This document shows positions 51,976 through 64,000 of a stretch of DNA of 64,000 nt, piece after piece (position 1 is the stretch's first letter; every line of letters begins with the position of its first letter). Under the pieces are notes generated by a model. It worked only from the letters and a program-made list of their open reading frames with translations. It did no database searches and was not told where the DNA came from. A program made the position numbers and the translations under genes. Where the stretch lies: contig OX597814.1 in the NCBI GenBank assembly GCA_951406725.2, positions 53,878,001 through 53,942,000 of the forward strand, written 5' to 3'. Origin of the DNA: Octopus vulgaris (lineage: Eukaryota).

Positions 51976-53491
51976 CTGTAGAAGAAAAGTTTATGAACTA
52001 AGTATCCATTATTTAACAAACGGAAGTAAATTAACTGGATTATCACCTAAAATAAGATAATTCTTACATCATGGGTTGCAGTTTGTTACATTTCTCCTGA
52101 ATATGTACCAAAGCAGTTTTATTTTCCTTTTATAAGTTAGTCAAAAGAAGCAGATCAGTGCCATGGCTCCTGGTGGAAGCCAAGTTAGACTGGTGAGATT
52201 TATTCAAGTGATGTTCAGTTGCATTAGTGTACAAGTGGTTGAGTATTCCACAAATATGCGTGACCTTAATCCATTCATACACACTCATGTGTGTGTTCTG
52301 TCATTTGTAATTTAAAGTTATCAGATAGGCTACATTCAAAGCAGGAAGACTCTAAGGCTGACAAAGAGAAAACAAAGTGAAGAAAATTGCAGACATAGAA
52401 TAACAAGAGAAGGAATTTGAAGAGAACCATATAGATTGGGAAGAGATGACACTCAGCTAAGTGGTGATTGATAGGAGGGGAGCTGTCGTAGTTAAAGGTT
52501 AAATAATTCAAAAGAAAGCCCTGCAGCTTGTTATATTCTTTCAAACAGTTCAATCCATGCCAGCATGGAAAGTGGCCATTAAATGAGGATAATGACACCA
52601 GACAAGAGGCTACAGTGAAATAAGTCAATACAGAATTGTGAAAGGATAGTAAAATGAGATTAATTGTTGTAAGTACAAATGAAGCTTTATAATTAGGGAG
52701 AGATTAGGGAAAAGTGAAATAGGAAGTAGATTAGAGTATATGGATTACATGTAAACAACAGAATTTGATCTACACACATAACTATATGATACAAATTTCA
52801 CTTTCAATCCACCTATTAAAATGATGCCTCTGTGTAATCACTCGATCAATGAAAAATAGTAAGCAACTTTCCCTCAAACCTTACTCGGCAACTTTATAAA
52901 GGACACATTGGATAGTGTAATCTGGGGTACACTATGCTTGAAGAGAAAAGACAGTTAAGGTTGGAACACCTAAACAATTATTCATTCATACAGAAGGAGA
53001 TAGAAAAACGGAAGCAGAACCTATATTCTAACAATGCTGTCAATTCTTTATTCATTTCTATCATCATCATATTTCTAGCAATGCCAGTGAACACCAATGT
53101 GCATCACTAAGTTCTCAGCAAGCCTATTCTACAGTCCAATTTCAAATCTCAACACAATATTTTAGATTCAGTGCAGTAAGGAAGATCTACGAATTGAACA
53201 AGTTTTGCTTTTATGTGACAAAAATTCTCAAATATATTTATATCTTTAGGTATTAAAATTGTTTTAACAATTTGTAACTCCACTAGTGCCAGTGACATGA
53301 AAAAGCACTCAGTACACACTGTAAAGTGGTTGGCAATAGGAAGGGCATCCAGCCAGAGAAACCATGCCAAGCTGATATGAAATTCACCAGATCCTGTCAA
53401 GCCATCCAACCCATTCCAATATGGAAAAGACATTAAATGATGATGATGCATTGTACTGTATTCTTCAGAAAGACATTTTATATTCAAATAT

Positions 53492-54273
53492 GGTATGTGC
53501 TGGTATGGTCATGTGACGAGAATGGCTGAAGATAGTTGTGTGCAAAAGTGCCACACCCTAGCAGTTGAAGGAACATGTGGAAGAGGTAGACCCAGGAAAA
53601 CCTGGGACGAGGTGGTGAAGCACGACCTTCGAACTTTAGGTCTCACCAAGGAAATGACTAGAGACCGAGACCTATGGAAGTATGCTGTGCGTGAGAAGAC
53701 CCGGCAAGACTAGTGAGACCATAACCCGTGGCCTCTACCTGGTATGTAGCCAGTCGACTTATACATACCTTTCCTTCTTGGGACACAAAACTCCACTTGT
53801 GGCAAGTGAAAATCAAACCAAATCAAATCAAATCAGATATCAGAACCAAAATCGAAGTCGATCAACATCAATGGAAATTGCGGCTGTGATACCAGTGCCG
53901 GTAACAAGTAAGCGAACCATCTGATCGTGGCCATTGCCAGCGCCGCCCCGACTGGCCTCTGTGCCAGTGACACATAAAAAGCACCATCCGTTCGTGGCCG
54001 TTGCCAGCCTCGCCTGGCCCCCGTGCCGGTGACACGTAAAAAGCACCATCTGTCCGTGGCCGTTTGCCAGCTCCGTCTGGCACCTGTGCGGATGGCATGT
54101 AAAAAGCACCCACTACACTCACGGAGTGGTTGGCGTTAGGAAGGGCATCCAGCCGTAGAAACACTGCCAGATCAGACTGGGCCTGATGCAGCCTTCTGGC
54201 TTCACAGACCCCAGTTGAACCGTCCAACCCATGCTAGCATGGAAAGCGGACGCTAGATGATGATGATGATGAC
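53492..54273 (+). mobile_element. RTE LINE 3' fragment (ORF C-terminus + 3' UTR + (GAT)n)
   Basis: WYGHVTRM...VEGTCGRGRPRKTWDEVVKHDL...RDLWK, a typical RTE C-terminus. Confidence 0.92.
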
Positions 54274-56850
54274 GAAATATATCCTCTTTTAATTTTTATT
54301 TAGTTAGAAATCATATATCTATGTTTCTTTATGGCTGCATTGTAAGGAATGCCTCAGACAATAAAACAGCTGCTCTAAGAGAACTGCAGAAGATAGTTCA
54401 TGGGTTATGGTGTGATGCCTCGAAAGCATGTCCAACTGCCTACAGACACCATAGTAGTTACAATACAACTTCTTGCTTATGACTAAACCAAACTCTGTGT
54501 CAAGTTGCAAAACTCAGTAAAATCTTGAGGATCACAATAACTCAGCACTAGCTAAACTGCCTTGGACTACTACCACTGCTATTTATAAAAACCAAAAAAA
54601 AAAAAACTGATTAGGTATATGACCTCCTGTTACAGTAGTTCTCAGACTGATATCAGTCTTCCCACCCACCAAAAATATAAATACAATTTTGTTCCCCACT
54701 CCCAAATCATAAACAAAACAGAATTTGCAGGCATATAATTCTTCCTTCTTTCGATGATGTTGGACAAGTTTGAAAACATTAAAACCATCTCATTTTATTA
54801 AACATGGTGATTTGTATGTCCTCTTTTCAATCATTGCCACCAACACCTCCACTCAAACACTGTCCACTACTGCACTGCATTTCACACATCTAAACAATTC
54901 CTGATAGAATGGGCAATGCTATCAGAAATTGACAGAAATATATTTATTGTCAGTCCACACATCTCTCCATTAGTTTTGTTGTTTAGCACCAGGCCAGTCC
55001 TAACCCAGCAAACTTATGATCAAAGACTTTTCTAATCATGATCATCCCATTTTTTTGTATAACAGGAACCACATTGTCCAATGTATCTACATTTAATACA
55101 ATAGGGTGTTATCTGAGGTGGGATCTAGCTGCTATTTCTAGCAGATTGAGTCACCATGTAGAGCAGACATGAGTAACTTTTTTTTGAAAAGTGAGTTGCA
55201 CGAGACATGTCTCATCATCAGGCAAACTGCACTACTAAAAAGACTCAAGGTAATTTTTCATTAGATATGCCAATCAGAAAATTCTGCAGAACAGTTTACC
55301 TATGACTTCTGTGGCTTTTGTGTCATAGCTTAGTGCTATGGCTTCTGTGTCATAGCTTAGTGCCAGGGTATCTGATAATATAGACAAATGCCAACCCTCT
55401 TAAACCAGTTCGTGCTAGAACAGAAAAATAAAAGATCATATGACTGAAAATGATAAAACTCAAAAAAGAATTAAAACCTATAATTGATTTGTTCCTTATA
55501 TTTCTGATATAAAGCTTCTGATACTAAACTAAAATTTCTTCAGAAGAATAAACAACTGTTCAACAAGTCCCTGTCGTGGACATTATCATTATCAACACCA
55601 GCTGTACCTTTGATGGTGCATGCGGCCTATTTCACAAAATGAAAACTATTCCTTAAAAGAAAAAAAAAAACAATGCACATCCAATCAATAATGGGCTAAT
55701 GCTGTTGTTTATTCTAATGACAGTTCAGTGTGGTTACTTTGTCTTGTCAACAATGTATTGAAAGGAATATCAACCAATTCAAATACATTGCCAATGAAAA
55801 AGAAACACTCAAGCAATAGAAAACTAACAATATACATTATTAGTACAATATTTAATAATACAAAACAAACTCCTTTTATTAGAATTAGCCAGAGAGAATA
55901 GCATTTTATTGCAGACTGTACCAGTTTTTCCTACAGGCAATTTTGTCCCACTAAATGTCCAGTAAGTTTTAACAAGTATACACTGCTGAAAGCAGTGTCT
56001 CTCTCCAAATAGATATTGGTAGTCTATTTTATGAAACTCCTTGTATCTTTAGGTATGTGAATCCACCAAACAAGGTGACATTAAGTTAAAAACAAGGTTA
56101 ATCTCTTCCAAAGCAAAGGACTAATGTTTACCATTATGACAGTAGATGAGATATGAATCTCCTAGTTAGTATTCAATTCCACTTCAAGTAACTTTCCAGT
56201 AGAGTATTTTAGGCTGATACTAAGAGATAAAATGCCTGCAAAGGAATGTGTCTTTTCATAAAAAAAAGGATGTTACATTGAACTGTTGCCATATTACATG
56301 GATCTATAATACAATGTCAGTTCCCATGTCTTCCAATAAATTTACATGTCATCCATTAGGTCTTTCCAATTCAATCCTCTTTTCTTAGAGCAGCAAAGTC
56401 TAGAAATGTCTCAAAGAGAACACACAATAATAAAACAGAAACACAATTCATTCTAGCTCCAACCAAGAAATTTACAAAGGGAAACTTCAAGGAAGCAAAT
56501 ACTAGATACAAACAGAAATAATGACTTTTAACAGAGACACAAGGCCACAAATTTTGAGAGAGGGGAATATAGCCAATTTAATCCTGCAATATTTCACTTG
56601 TGCTTATTTTATTAACCTACATAGGAATTAAAATTAAAGTCAACCCCAGCAGTGTTTGAATTTAAAATGTAAAGTACTGTATCCATTTCTAACACCCATC
56701 ACCTCAGCTGTAGAATTAATAGTTGTACCAATCAATGGTATTTTTGAGCTCTTGTAATGAAGACATTTTAAATCTAATTTACACCATGGAACCTCATCCA
56801 TAAAACAATCACTGTACACACCAAGAAAACATCACACTTCACACCCTTAA

Positions 56851-57069
56851 CCCTTTAGTATTTAAACCAGCCATATCCGGCCAAAATAACTAATCTGTTT
56901 TATGTTCAAACTGACCAGATCCAGGCTCACACACCTATCCTACAATGTTATTATACATTAAGTAATTACACCATCAAGATCTTGAAGATATGAGATAATG
57001 CATGATTAATTCAAATCAATATGAATCAATAAGCATTATGTTTGATAGAATAATCTGAACACTAAAGGG
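56851..57069. mobile_element. piggyBac-type MITE
   Basis: TTAA|ccctttagtatt ... aacactaaaggg|TTAA (TIR 11/12, TTAA TSD). Confidence 0.85.
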
Positions 57070-57491
57070 TTAAACATGATCAGCATGATGCTCCAAATGC
57101 TGGGCAATATCAAAACTGGGAATCTTTTGAGGCAAACACATCCTCAACTTAGCAAAGGCTGATAGCCCTTCTCATCAGAGCCAGAAAATACTTTGGCCCA
57201 CAACAACTATTAACACTACCTACAGATGAAACTTACAATGGTAATTCCTGCAAAATAAACGTTCAAGTGTGAAATTACCCGAAAAGGAATATTGAAATGG
57301 TAATCTTTAAAGCCAGTAATATAGTAATTTAAACTACTTAAGAACAGGTAATTAAAAACAGAAAATTCAGAGTCCTTTATTTCATTTTTACAACCTGTGG
57401 TTGCAACCTAAACTGAAATGCAAAACAACTTTACAGAGAATTGAACAGATGTTAATGACAAGGAAAACAGGAAAAAGGAGAAGAAAAAAAA

Positions 57492-57900
57492 GAAAAATGA
57501 ACGAAAACACACACGCTGTGGGATGAAGTTAAAATAATAGACAGAGAACACCTCTGGAAAATACGAAAACTCAAAGAAGCAGCACATATGCTAGGACACA
57601 ACAACCATCCTAAGCAGACAGAGTGCAGATATGAATAGCATATGGGAACCGGTATTAAGGAAGAATAGGAAAATATTATATTTATAAGCCCTAAAATTCA
57701 CTCCATAATTGCCCACGGGCATCTAGCGTAGTGGTTAAGCGCACAGGCTTAAGAATGAGAACCCAGGTTCGAAATTTCCCCCCAAGACACCTGATGAAGG
57801 CTGGTGGGTATATCAGCCGAAACATTGAGTTAACAAACAAGATGAGGATAAATATCCGTCAAATGTAAATGATGTACATAATTCCTCATCTCTTAAAATA
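57492..57900 (+). mobile_element. Penelope-like element 3' end: GIY-YIG C-terminal remnant, tRNA-like segment and hammerhead motif
   Basis: HTLWDEVKIIDREHLWKIRKLKEAAHML...MNSIWEPVLRK; A box 57724-57734; B box 57766-57776; CTGATGA...GAAA at 57791-57822. Confidence 0.8.
57786..57831 (+). ncRNA. Minimal hammerhead ribozyme motif (two apparent point mutations in stems I and III)
   Basis: GACAC-CUGAUGA-A-GGCUGGUG-ggua-UAUCAGCC-GAAA-CA-UU^GAGUU. Confidence 0.65.
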
Positions 57901-58042
57901 TACACATAAGTTTTAACAAAATCTTATATGGACCCTCAAGGGTCATGCTGCCCCCAGTTGAGAACCAATAACAGAGAGAATATATTAGACGTGTTACTTT
58001 ATGATATCGTTTCGTACAAGCGGTAGTAGTTTTTTTTTTTTA

Positions 58043-58351
58043 CATTTGACTGCGGCCATGCTGGAGTACCGCCTTTAGTCGAGCAAATCGACCCAGGACT
58101 TATTCTATCGGCCTCTTTTGCCGAACCGCTAAGTTACGGGAACGTAAACACACCAGCATCGGTTGTCAAGCGATGGTGGGGGGACAAACACAGACACAAA
58201 CATATACGATGGGCTTCTTTCAGTTTCTGTCTACCAAAGCCACTCACAAGGTTTTGGTCGACCCGGGGCTATAGTAGAAGACACATGCCCAAGGTGCCAC
58301 ACAGTGGGACTGAACCCGGAATCTACTTACCACACAGCCACTCCTGCGCCT
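58043..58351 (-). mobile_element. SINE family A copy (CpG-rich) in intron 1
   Basis: Consensus match with short internal deletions. Confidence 0.88.
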
Positions 58352-60113
58352 ATAGTGGTTAATGTTTACAAAGAGTAAAAGAAAAATGACCGCAGGATTT
58401 TAATTATAGTGAGTTACATAACCAAACATAAATCAACAAACCCATAACTGGATCTTGTATAGCTAGAGTACAAATCCCTATTATCAATTCGATCTTACTA
58501 CTCAAAGCACAAAAAAATTTTTCAAAGGAATACTTCAAGCTGAAGAATTCCTTTCGGAGCTTTTGAGGAATTTAGTAAACCATTTTAAAAAACACTCTTA
58601 CACCTACAGACCGACGAAGACCAATATTAACAATCAGACTAAGAGAAAACCAATATTAATGACTAAATGTTTAGAATAATGGTTAGCTATTAGCATACTT
58701 TTGTTTGCTATGAAAAAACTAAAGACATGAAACATATCAGAAAATTAATTATTGTAATTATTTTGGCTAATTACCTGAGTGCAGAGACTTAGGGTCTATT
58801 AAATCGATTGTTCCCTGCTATAAAATATGTGGCTTCATGCTAATTTTGGAATTCTTTATTATTTATTCAATAAAGTACCAGTACTAGAGTTGATTTAGCC
58901 GACAAACCCTCTAACCCAAAATTTCAGGCCTTGTGTCAATGTTAGAAACAAAAATCTGGAAGAGATATTGTGAGGGAAATGTTAGAAAACGCAACCTGTA
59001 TGCCTTTGTAAGAGTATTACTTTTCTATGTAAAAAAAAAACAGTTCCAATAGGAAACACAAAGCAAGTCGTATACATTTCACCCAACTGATAGTTGAAAT
59101 GGGAGTGTTCTAGTTAACCAAGAGTTGACGAAAATTGAAGTCATTTAGAAATATCATGTGATAAAAGCTCTATCGTGATTTATGGAGAAAATTTTAAAAC
59201 GTGTATGGGTATGCGTACGCGTTAGGAATGCTTGGTATCTCTAGAAAGTACGTGTACCAGTAAGATACTGTTGCTGGTGCCACCAATGCATTGAGTGTTA
59301 CATTCTACTGATAGTATAGATAAACTATGTTTGAGTGTATTCGTCCAAACACGTAGAATTGTGGCCCAAAACTCTCAAGGATCAGCGATCAATGACTTAT
59401 AACTACGGCCTCCAAAATGTGGAAAGTGTGTCATTATAACTAGAACTAACAACAAAACCTATCATCATCAACATGGAAGGAAGTAATTTCCACAAATGAG
59501 TATATATTTGGAAAAGACTCGCTTTAGATGGCTGAATGTACGATTGAAATCGCTCGGCAATAACCCTTGATCCCATCTAAAATTATTTCAATTTTACCAA
59601 TATAATGGACAGAAAACGCATAAACAAATGCAGAAAATACATCAAGCTGTAATTAAGCCTTTAGTTTAAACTGTCGATACTCGAATTTAAACAGTTAATA
59701 AAATCTTATCAGTGTGGAGACCTTTCCAATAGGTTAAATGAAATTTTATAAATGCCTTGATATTAACATATATGGAGTAAGGGTTTATACTTGCAGTAAA
59801 ACATAGTATTAAAGATTGAGAATAAAGTTCTTAGACGTAAAAAATCCTTCTTCGATGAAAATTTCGTTATTAAAAAAAAGGTTAATAAAAAATTTAATTA
59901 TTCAAATGAAACACCTTTTCTTGTTTTTTTTTCTCTACGTCTGGAGTGTTATAAACTTAAATGCGACTCGTACTTCCTTAGCAGCATACAGTGAACATCG
60001 ATATCCTCGGATGTGTAAAATATAGATATTAATGATTTCTTTAGACCATGCGAAGCAAATGCTTCCATTCATTCGATCTGTTGCGGAATGAATATAATGT
60101 ATATAGACAGACA

Positions 60114-60163
<50 letters not shown>

Positions 60164-60299
60164 GTTTGTATGTATGTGTGTGTGTGTTAAATATTTATTT
60201 GAAACATGAATTATTTAGGATATATCCGCTTATATTGAATTTAGATACCGAAGCCCAAATGTAACCACCCACGGAATATAATTAATATATTGCACTCAC

Positions 60300-60423
60300 C
60301 TTCCAATGTTTCACACTGAACCAAGTTCACGTAGTCGGATTGCTTAAGTATGCCACCTTTGAAACCACGGACCAGGCCTTCCAAGTAGCCGTGGTCAATG
60401 TTAAAAGATATTTCAGACATCAT
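60300..60423 (-). CDS. ATP6V0D1: V-ATPase subunit d, exon 1 ([41 protein letters not shown])
   Basis: GYLEGLVRG...NLVQCETLE signature; donor G|gtgagt. The start may be the ATG at 60423 or 60420. Joined exons give 1050 nt in frame. Confidence 0.97.
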
Positions 60424-60523
60424 ATTGAAGCCTGCCTGTATGACCACAGTTGCAAAGTAAAGGAAGAAACGATGTTCACAACAGTATACGGACAAGAATT
60501 ACAAGGGGAGTGTGTGTGTGTAT

Positions 60524-60532
60524 GTCATGTGA
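60524..60532. promoter_or_regulatory. M-box/CLEAR-like motif GTCATGTGA ~100 bp upstream of the ATP6V0D1 ATG
   Basis: tatgtcatgtgagta. V-ATPase genes are established MITF/TFEB targets. Confidence 0.55.
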
Positions 60533-62369
60533 GTATTCGCTACTGCCACCTGCTGTAAATTTTTTCCAGTAATTTATTTACTAACAGGAATTATCTCCCT
60601 TGTTCAGCGCTTACGCTCTATACAAACATTGGTAAATATTTCGATTGTAATTTGTGCGATAGCGAATAAACCAAATTGTCAAAATGCTGCAGGGTCGACG
60701 AAAATCTAAACGAGGAGTTCACCTTCGTTATGTAAACTAACTTGGAAATCAATAAACAATTCCTAAGAACAAAGCACAACTTGTTTTTGAATAATTACTT
60801 CGGCTTTGACATCTGTTCGAAAACAAGATAAAAAAAAATTAGAGCTCCAAGGAAAATAAACGCCATGGATAAACATCCATGATATGAATTTCACTTCGAT
60901 TCCGAATTTCTAATTTTGACTGAAGGAAAGAATTTGATGTATATATGGTGAAGGCGAATGGTTAACTATCCAAAGTTCACATTTGGCATCATTACCTTTC
61001 AAAAACCCTTACGACCATGACTTTTAGTCGCCAACTTTGTTTCAGCCAGGATCAAATCCAAATCAAGCCCCAGCCTAGCAATATCATTGATGCCCAGTAC
61101 AAAAATGGCTGTATCCAGATGAACTCTTGAAACAGAATGACTGCACCATCAAAGGTTTCCAATAAGCCTTCCGAGCAAAATGGTAGCGTTCTTGAGCCTT
61201 ATCTTTTACTGATCTCTGAATGACATCACCTGTGACTGGATTGAAGACCTTTTTTTTTTATTAAATTGAATTTGAGGAATACTCTGTGGGTCTCTGAAAG
61301 AGTGTTCGCGAATATCCTTGTGGCACGAATGGCTACTTCGAATCTGTAACGATTACATGCACGTCGGCGTCACCAAAATTGAAATGATTTATATGTAGCA
61401 AATGAATGACAGGAAGAAAATATTAGTTGGTTGAAATGGCCCTTCATTTTCATCGTTACAATGTAAGATACAACTTTTTTTTAGTTGTTACCCAATGATA
61501 ATTTATCGTTCTGTTATCTAGTCAGCAGGCAGTTCAGTTCATATTTTGTTGACTGCTAGAAGACCGATGAAAGAAGGAGAGATTAAGAATACAAGGGTCT
61601 GGCCTTAGGGCTGACAAGTAGTTAGGGTAAAAGTTATGTTGTTGCTGGATAACAATCCATAAGAGAAGGGAGAGAAATAGATGCCCTTCAGCTAGGTGCC
61701 AACAGACCAGAGAGAGGACTTATTTGGGGTTCTGTATTAATATTTTTTGCTAACTAAATTAGGTCTGGCTAATAAAAAGATTTTCTGTCTCTTATCTGGC
61801 TAAAGTCTATTTAACCCAAGAATGTTAACTTAGACTATAGAACTTAACTTAGTGTGACACTTGACTCCCTTAAATTTCTAATTGCAAAAGCAAGAGAACA
61901 ATAGGAAAGGAACTGGTAGAAAAATGTAGACAAGGTTTCAAATCTTGGGTAAGAAACTCGGAAGCTATTCATTACTCATCAAAGTTTAATATCAACTCTA
62001 GGCTGAACAGTTTCGAAATATAAAGAGAGGTGGCAGGGGACCGATGACAAGCAAACTTTCAACGTCACTTCATCAGCTATTAACTGGAGGCCACAAAGGT
62101 ATGAGCATCTTCCGATATCATTGCTCTTTTGAGTGGTGCTGAGCAGTATTGATACCACAAGAGAATATCCTTGTTATTCTGACTGAAACTACAACACGGT
62201 TCTCGCCACCGTTATCCTTGGAACCAACACAATAACCAATGTACAAGTGTAACTATTCCAACTGCACAGCAACTAACTTGCTTTGCTATTTGCAGAAGAT
62301 ATGGTTTATTTTTGCTGGGTTTTTTTTATTTGTTTTGCTCTCGGCGCTGGTATTTTTTCTCACATGCCT

Positions 62370-62640
62370 CTACCATATCCACGATGAAACATTTTGTTTT
62401 TCTATCTCATATTCGTTGAATTACTGTTTGTGACTCTTCATAAGTATAGTGTTTGCCAAATAGGACATTGTCAATCCAGCTACAAACCCATGGCATTCTA
62501 CCTGTGTTGGAAGCACTGTACACTGTCATCCTTGTGCCTCCCACAATTCTCTAAAGCCATCATATTTTAGAATCTCTCTCTCATGGTCCCATTCTATCTC
62601 ACCTTTCCAAGGTACCATCAACTCAACAATCAAGACTTTG
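62370..62640 (-). mobile_element. Decayed HERO/R4-type non-LTR element, restriction-like endonuclease C-terminus
   Basis: KVLIVELMVPWKGEIEWDHEREILKYDGFRELWEAQG*QCTVLPTQVECHGFVAG...SSWIW*, resembling ELTVPWE..HERK..KY..GW..P.EVG.RGF. Confidence 0.7.
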
Positions 62641-64000
62641 CTTTGTTATTACGGTAGGGGTGATTCGAAACTTAACTGCTAAGTAGCCGGTCAAACACCA
62701 CAGCCGAACCGCAGTAGTTTCATGTGATCTGTCTATTAAATCAGTGGAAAGCTGTTGCGTGATTCAATCTTCTAGAATATTCTTCTTGTTCCCAATAAAA
62801 GTGCTGCTTTTTTGGGGGGACCTATACTCTTGTCACATCAGTCGGCCAGGCAGACAACCAAGACAGACAGCTCATATAAATATCAAAGAACATCTGTCGC
62901 GTTGAAGATAGCACAATTGTTTTCAAATATGTTGGACAAACCGCATACACCAACGATACATAAACTTTCAGGTCTCTCTAGCCCTGTTCTTTTTTATTGA
63001 CAAGAGACGGAAGTACATCACAAATCGCTCTTAGGAGTAATTGCAACCCGGATACATTCTTATTTTATTTTACAGCATTAAAATATAAAAACTGCACAAT
63101 ACACTATAGTGTTAGGCGTAGGCAACTTCATGAACTTCTGTCACATATAATTAAACAGGATTAAACATGTAGACACAAAGCTTTCATTCAATTATTCACA
63201 CACGTGCACCTTGTATATCCTTCAAATCACACTGAACTATCTTATACGGTATACATATATCTGTTTGAATTTCTGAGATGGGAAATTATTATTACTATAC
63301 ACATATATTCGGATGAGTGTTCCCATTTTGGGTGTAGTTACAACGTTTTGGCCAGTGTAACTCCGGCCTTTTTCAGTTGTCTTTCATATTCGATAACATA
63401 CTCGAAATTTCGAACCAAACCCATTATTAAATTCAGGGTGTAGATTGTTCTCATTCAGATGTACATACAATGGATATTCTGTTATTTGAGATGTAGCATA
63501 TTCATTCTACTTGAACCAGAATATATATACTATTTAGATAACCCAGGGTCTAAATTCATGTTCCTTAGCACTCCCTCCCTCAGACAATCGTATTAGCTTT
63601 GTTTTTGCCCCGGCAAAATTGACTGTCAGCTATCTCAAATCATGCAACATGTTAAGTTGATTGAGAAATATTGTGACAATATCTATTTGTACCAGTTTAA
63701 ATAAACATACGTTATCTAATAGCTCTTTACTACTAGCATTATCTGCTTGAACACGTTTGATTCCAGAAACAAGAAAATATGTACACGTTACCATTTGTCT
63801 TAGGGGAGAAGCCAGTGTCTGTTACCCTTAAGTTTTTTCAGAGCTTTCAAAACTTGTAGAGCGAAATTCTTCTCAAATTGGAGATCGGGCCCAAGTACTT
63901 GTAACAAAGTAGACTCCATCCCAAGGACTAGGCAGTGATGTTAAACACCAAAAGCATTGGCTTACCTCTTCAGGTACAGAGCTGCAATCTCACTGACTTT

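Noticed and set aside
55310-55363. 27-bp tandem duplication (also a degenerate ~22-bp array at 18010-18115)
   Set aside because: Simple local slippage with no further structure.
63960-64000. Possible minus-strand exon end (AAGAG|gtaagc) at the window edge
   Set aside because: Only 35 nt are visible, the peptide is not recognisable, no downstream exon was found, and the region looks like decayed retroelement.

Overview
This is eukaryotic, AT-rich, repeat-dense DNA. The SINE/LINE repertoire and long (TA)n/(CA)n tracts fit a coleoid cephalopod such as Octopus (inferred, not searched). The window holds one complete gene, ATP6V0D1 (V-ATPase V0 subunit d), on the minus strand: 8 coding exons from 60423 to 37942, all GT-AG introns, 1050 nt, 349 aa. 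It also holds the first coding exon of an unidentified minus-strand gene (12165-11588) whose later exons were not found here. The rest is mobile DNA: a decayed L1/Tx1 ORF2, CR1/L2-group and RTE LINE fragments, a HERO-like RLE remnant, two or three tRNA-derived SINE families, two non-autonomous Helitrons, a piggyBac-type MITE and Penelope-like remnants. The most interesting signals are (1) minimal hammerhead ribozyme motifs, one with an intact core (32089-32215, minus) and one directly behind a tRNA-like Pol III promoter at the end of a Penelope GIY-YIG remnant (57717-57831); (2) three fold-back palindromes, the largest about 460 bp; (3) a LINE whose 3' tail shares sequence and a compensated stem-loop with the dominant SINE; and (4) MITF/TFEB-type E-boxes upstream of both genes. 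Repeat boundaries were read by eye and are approximate.
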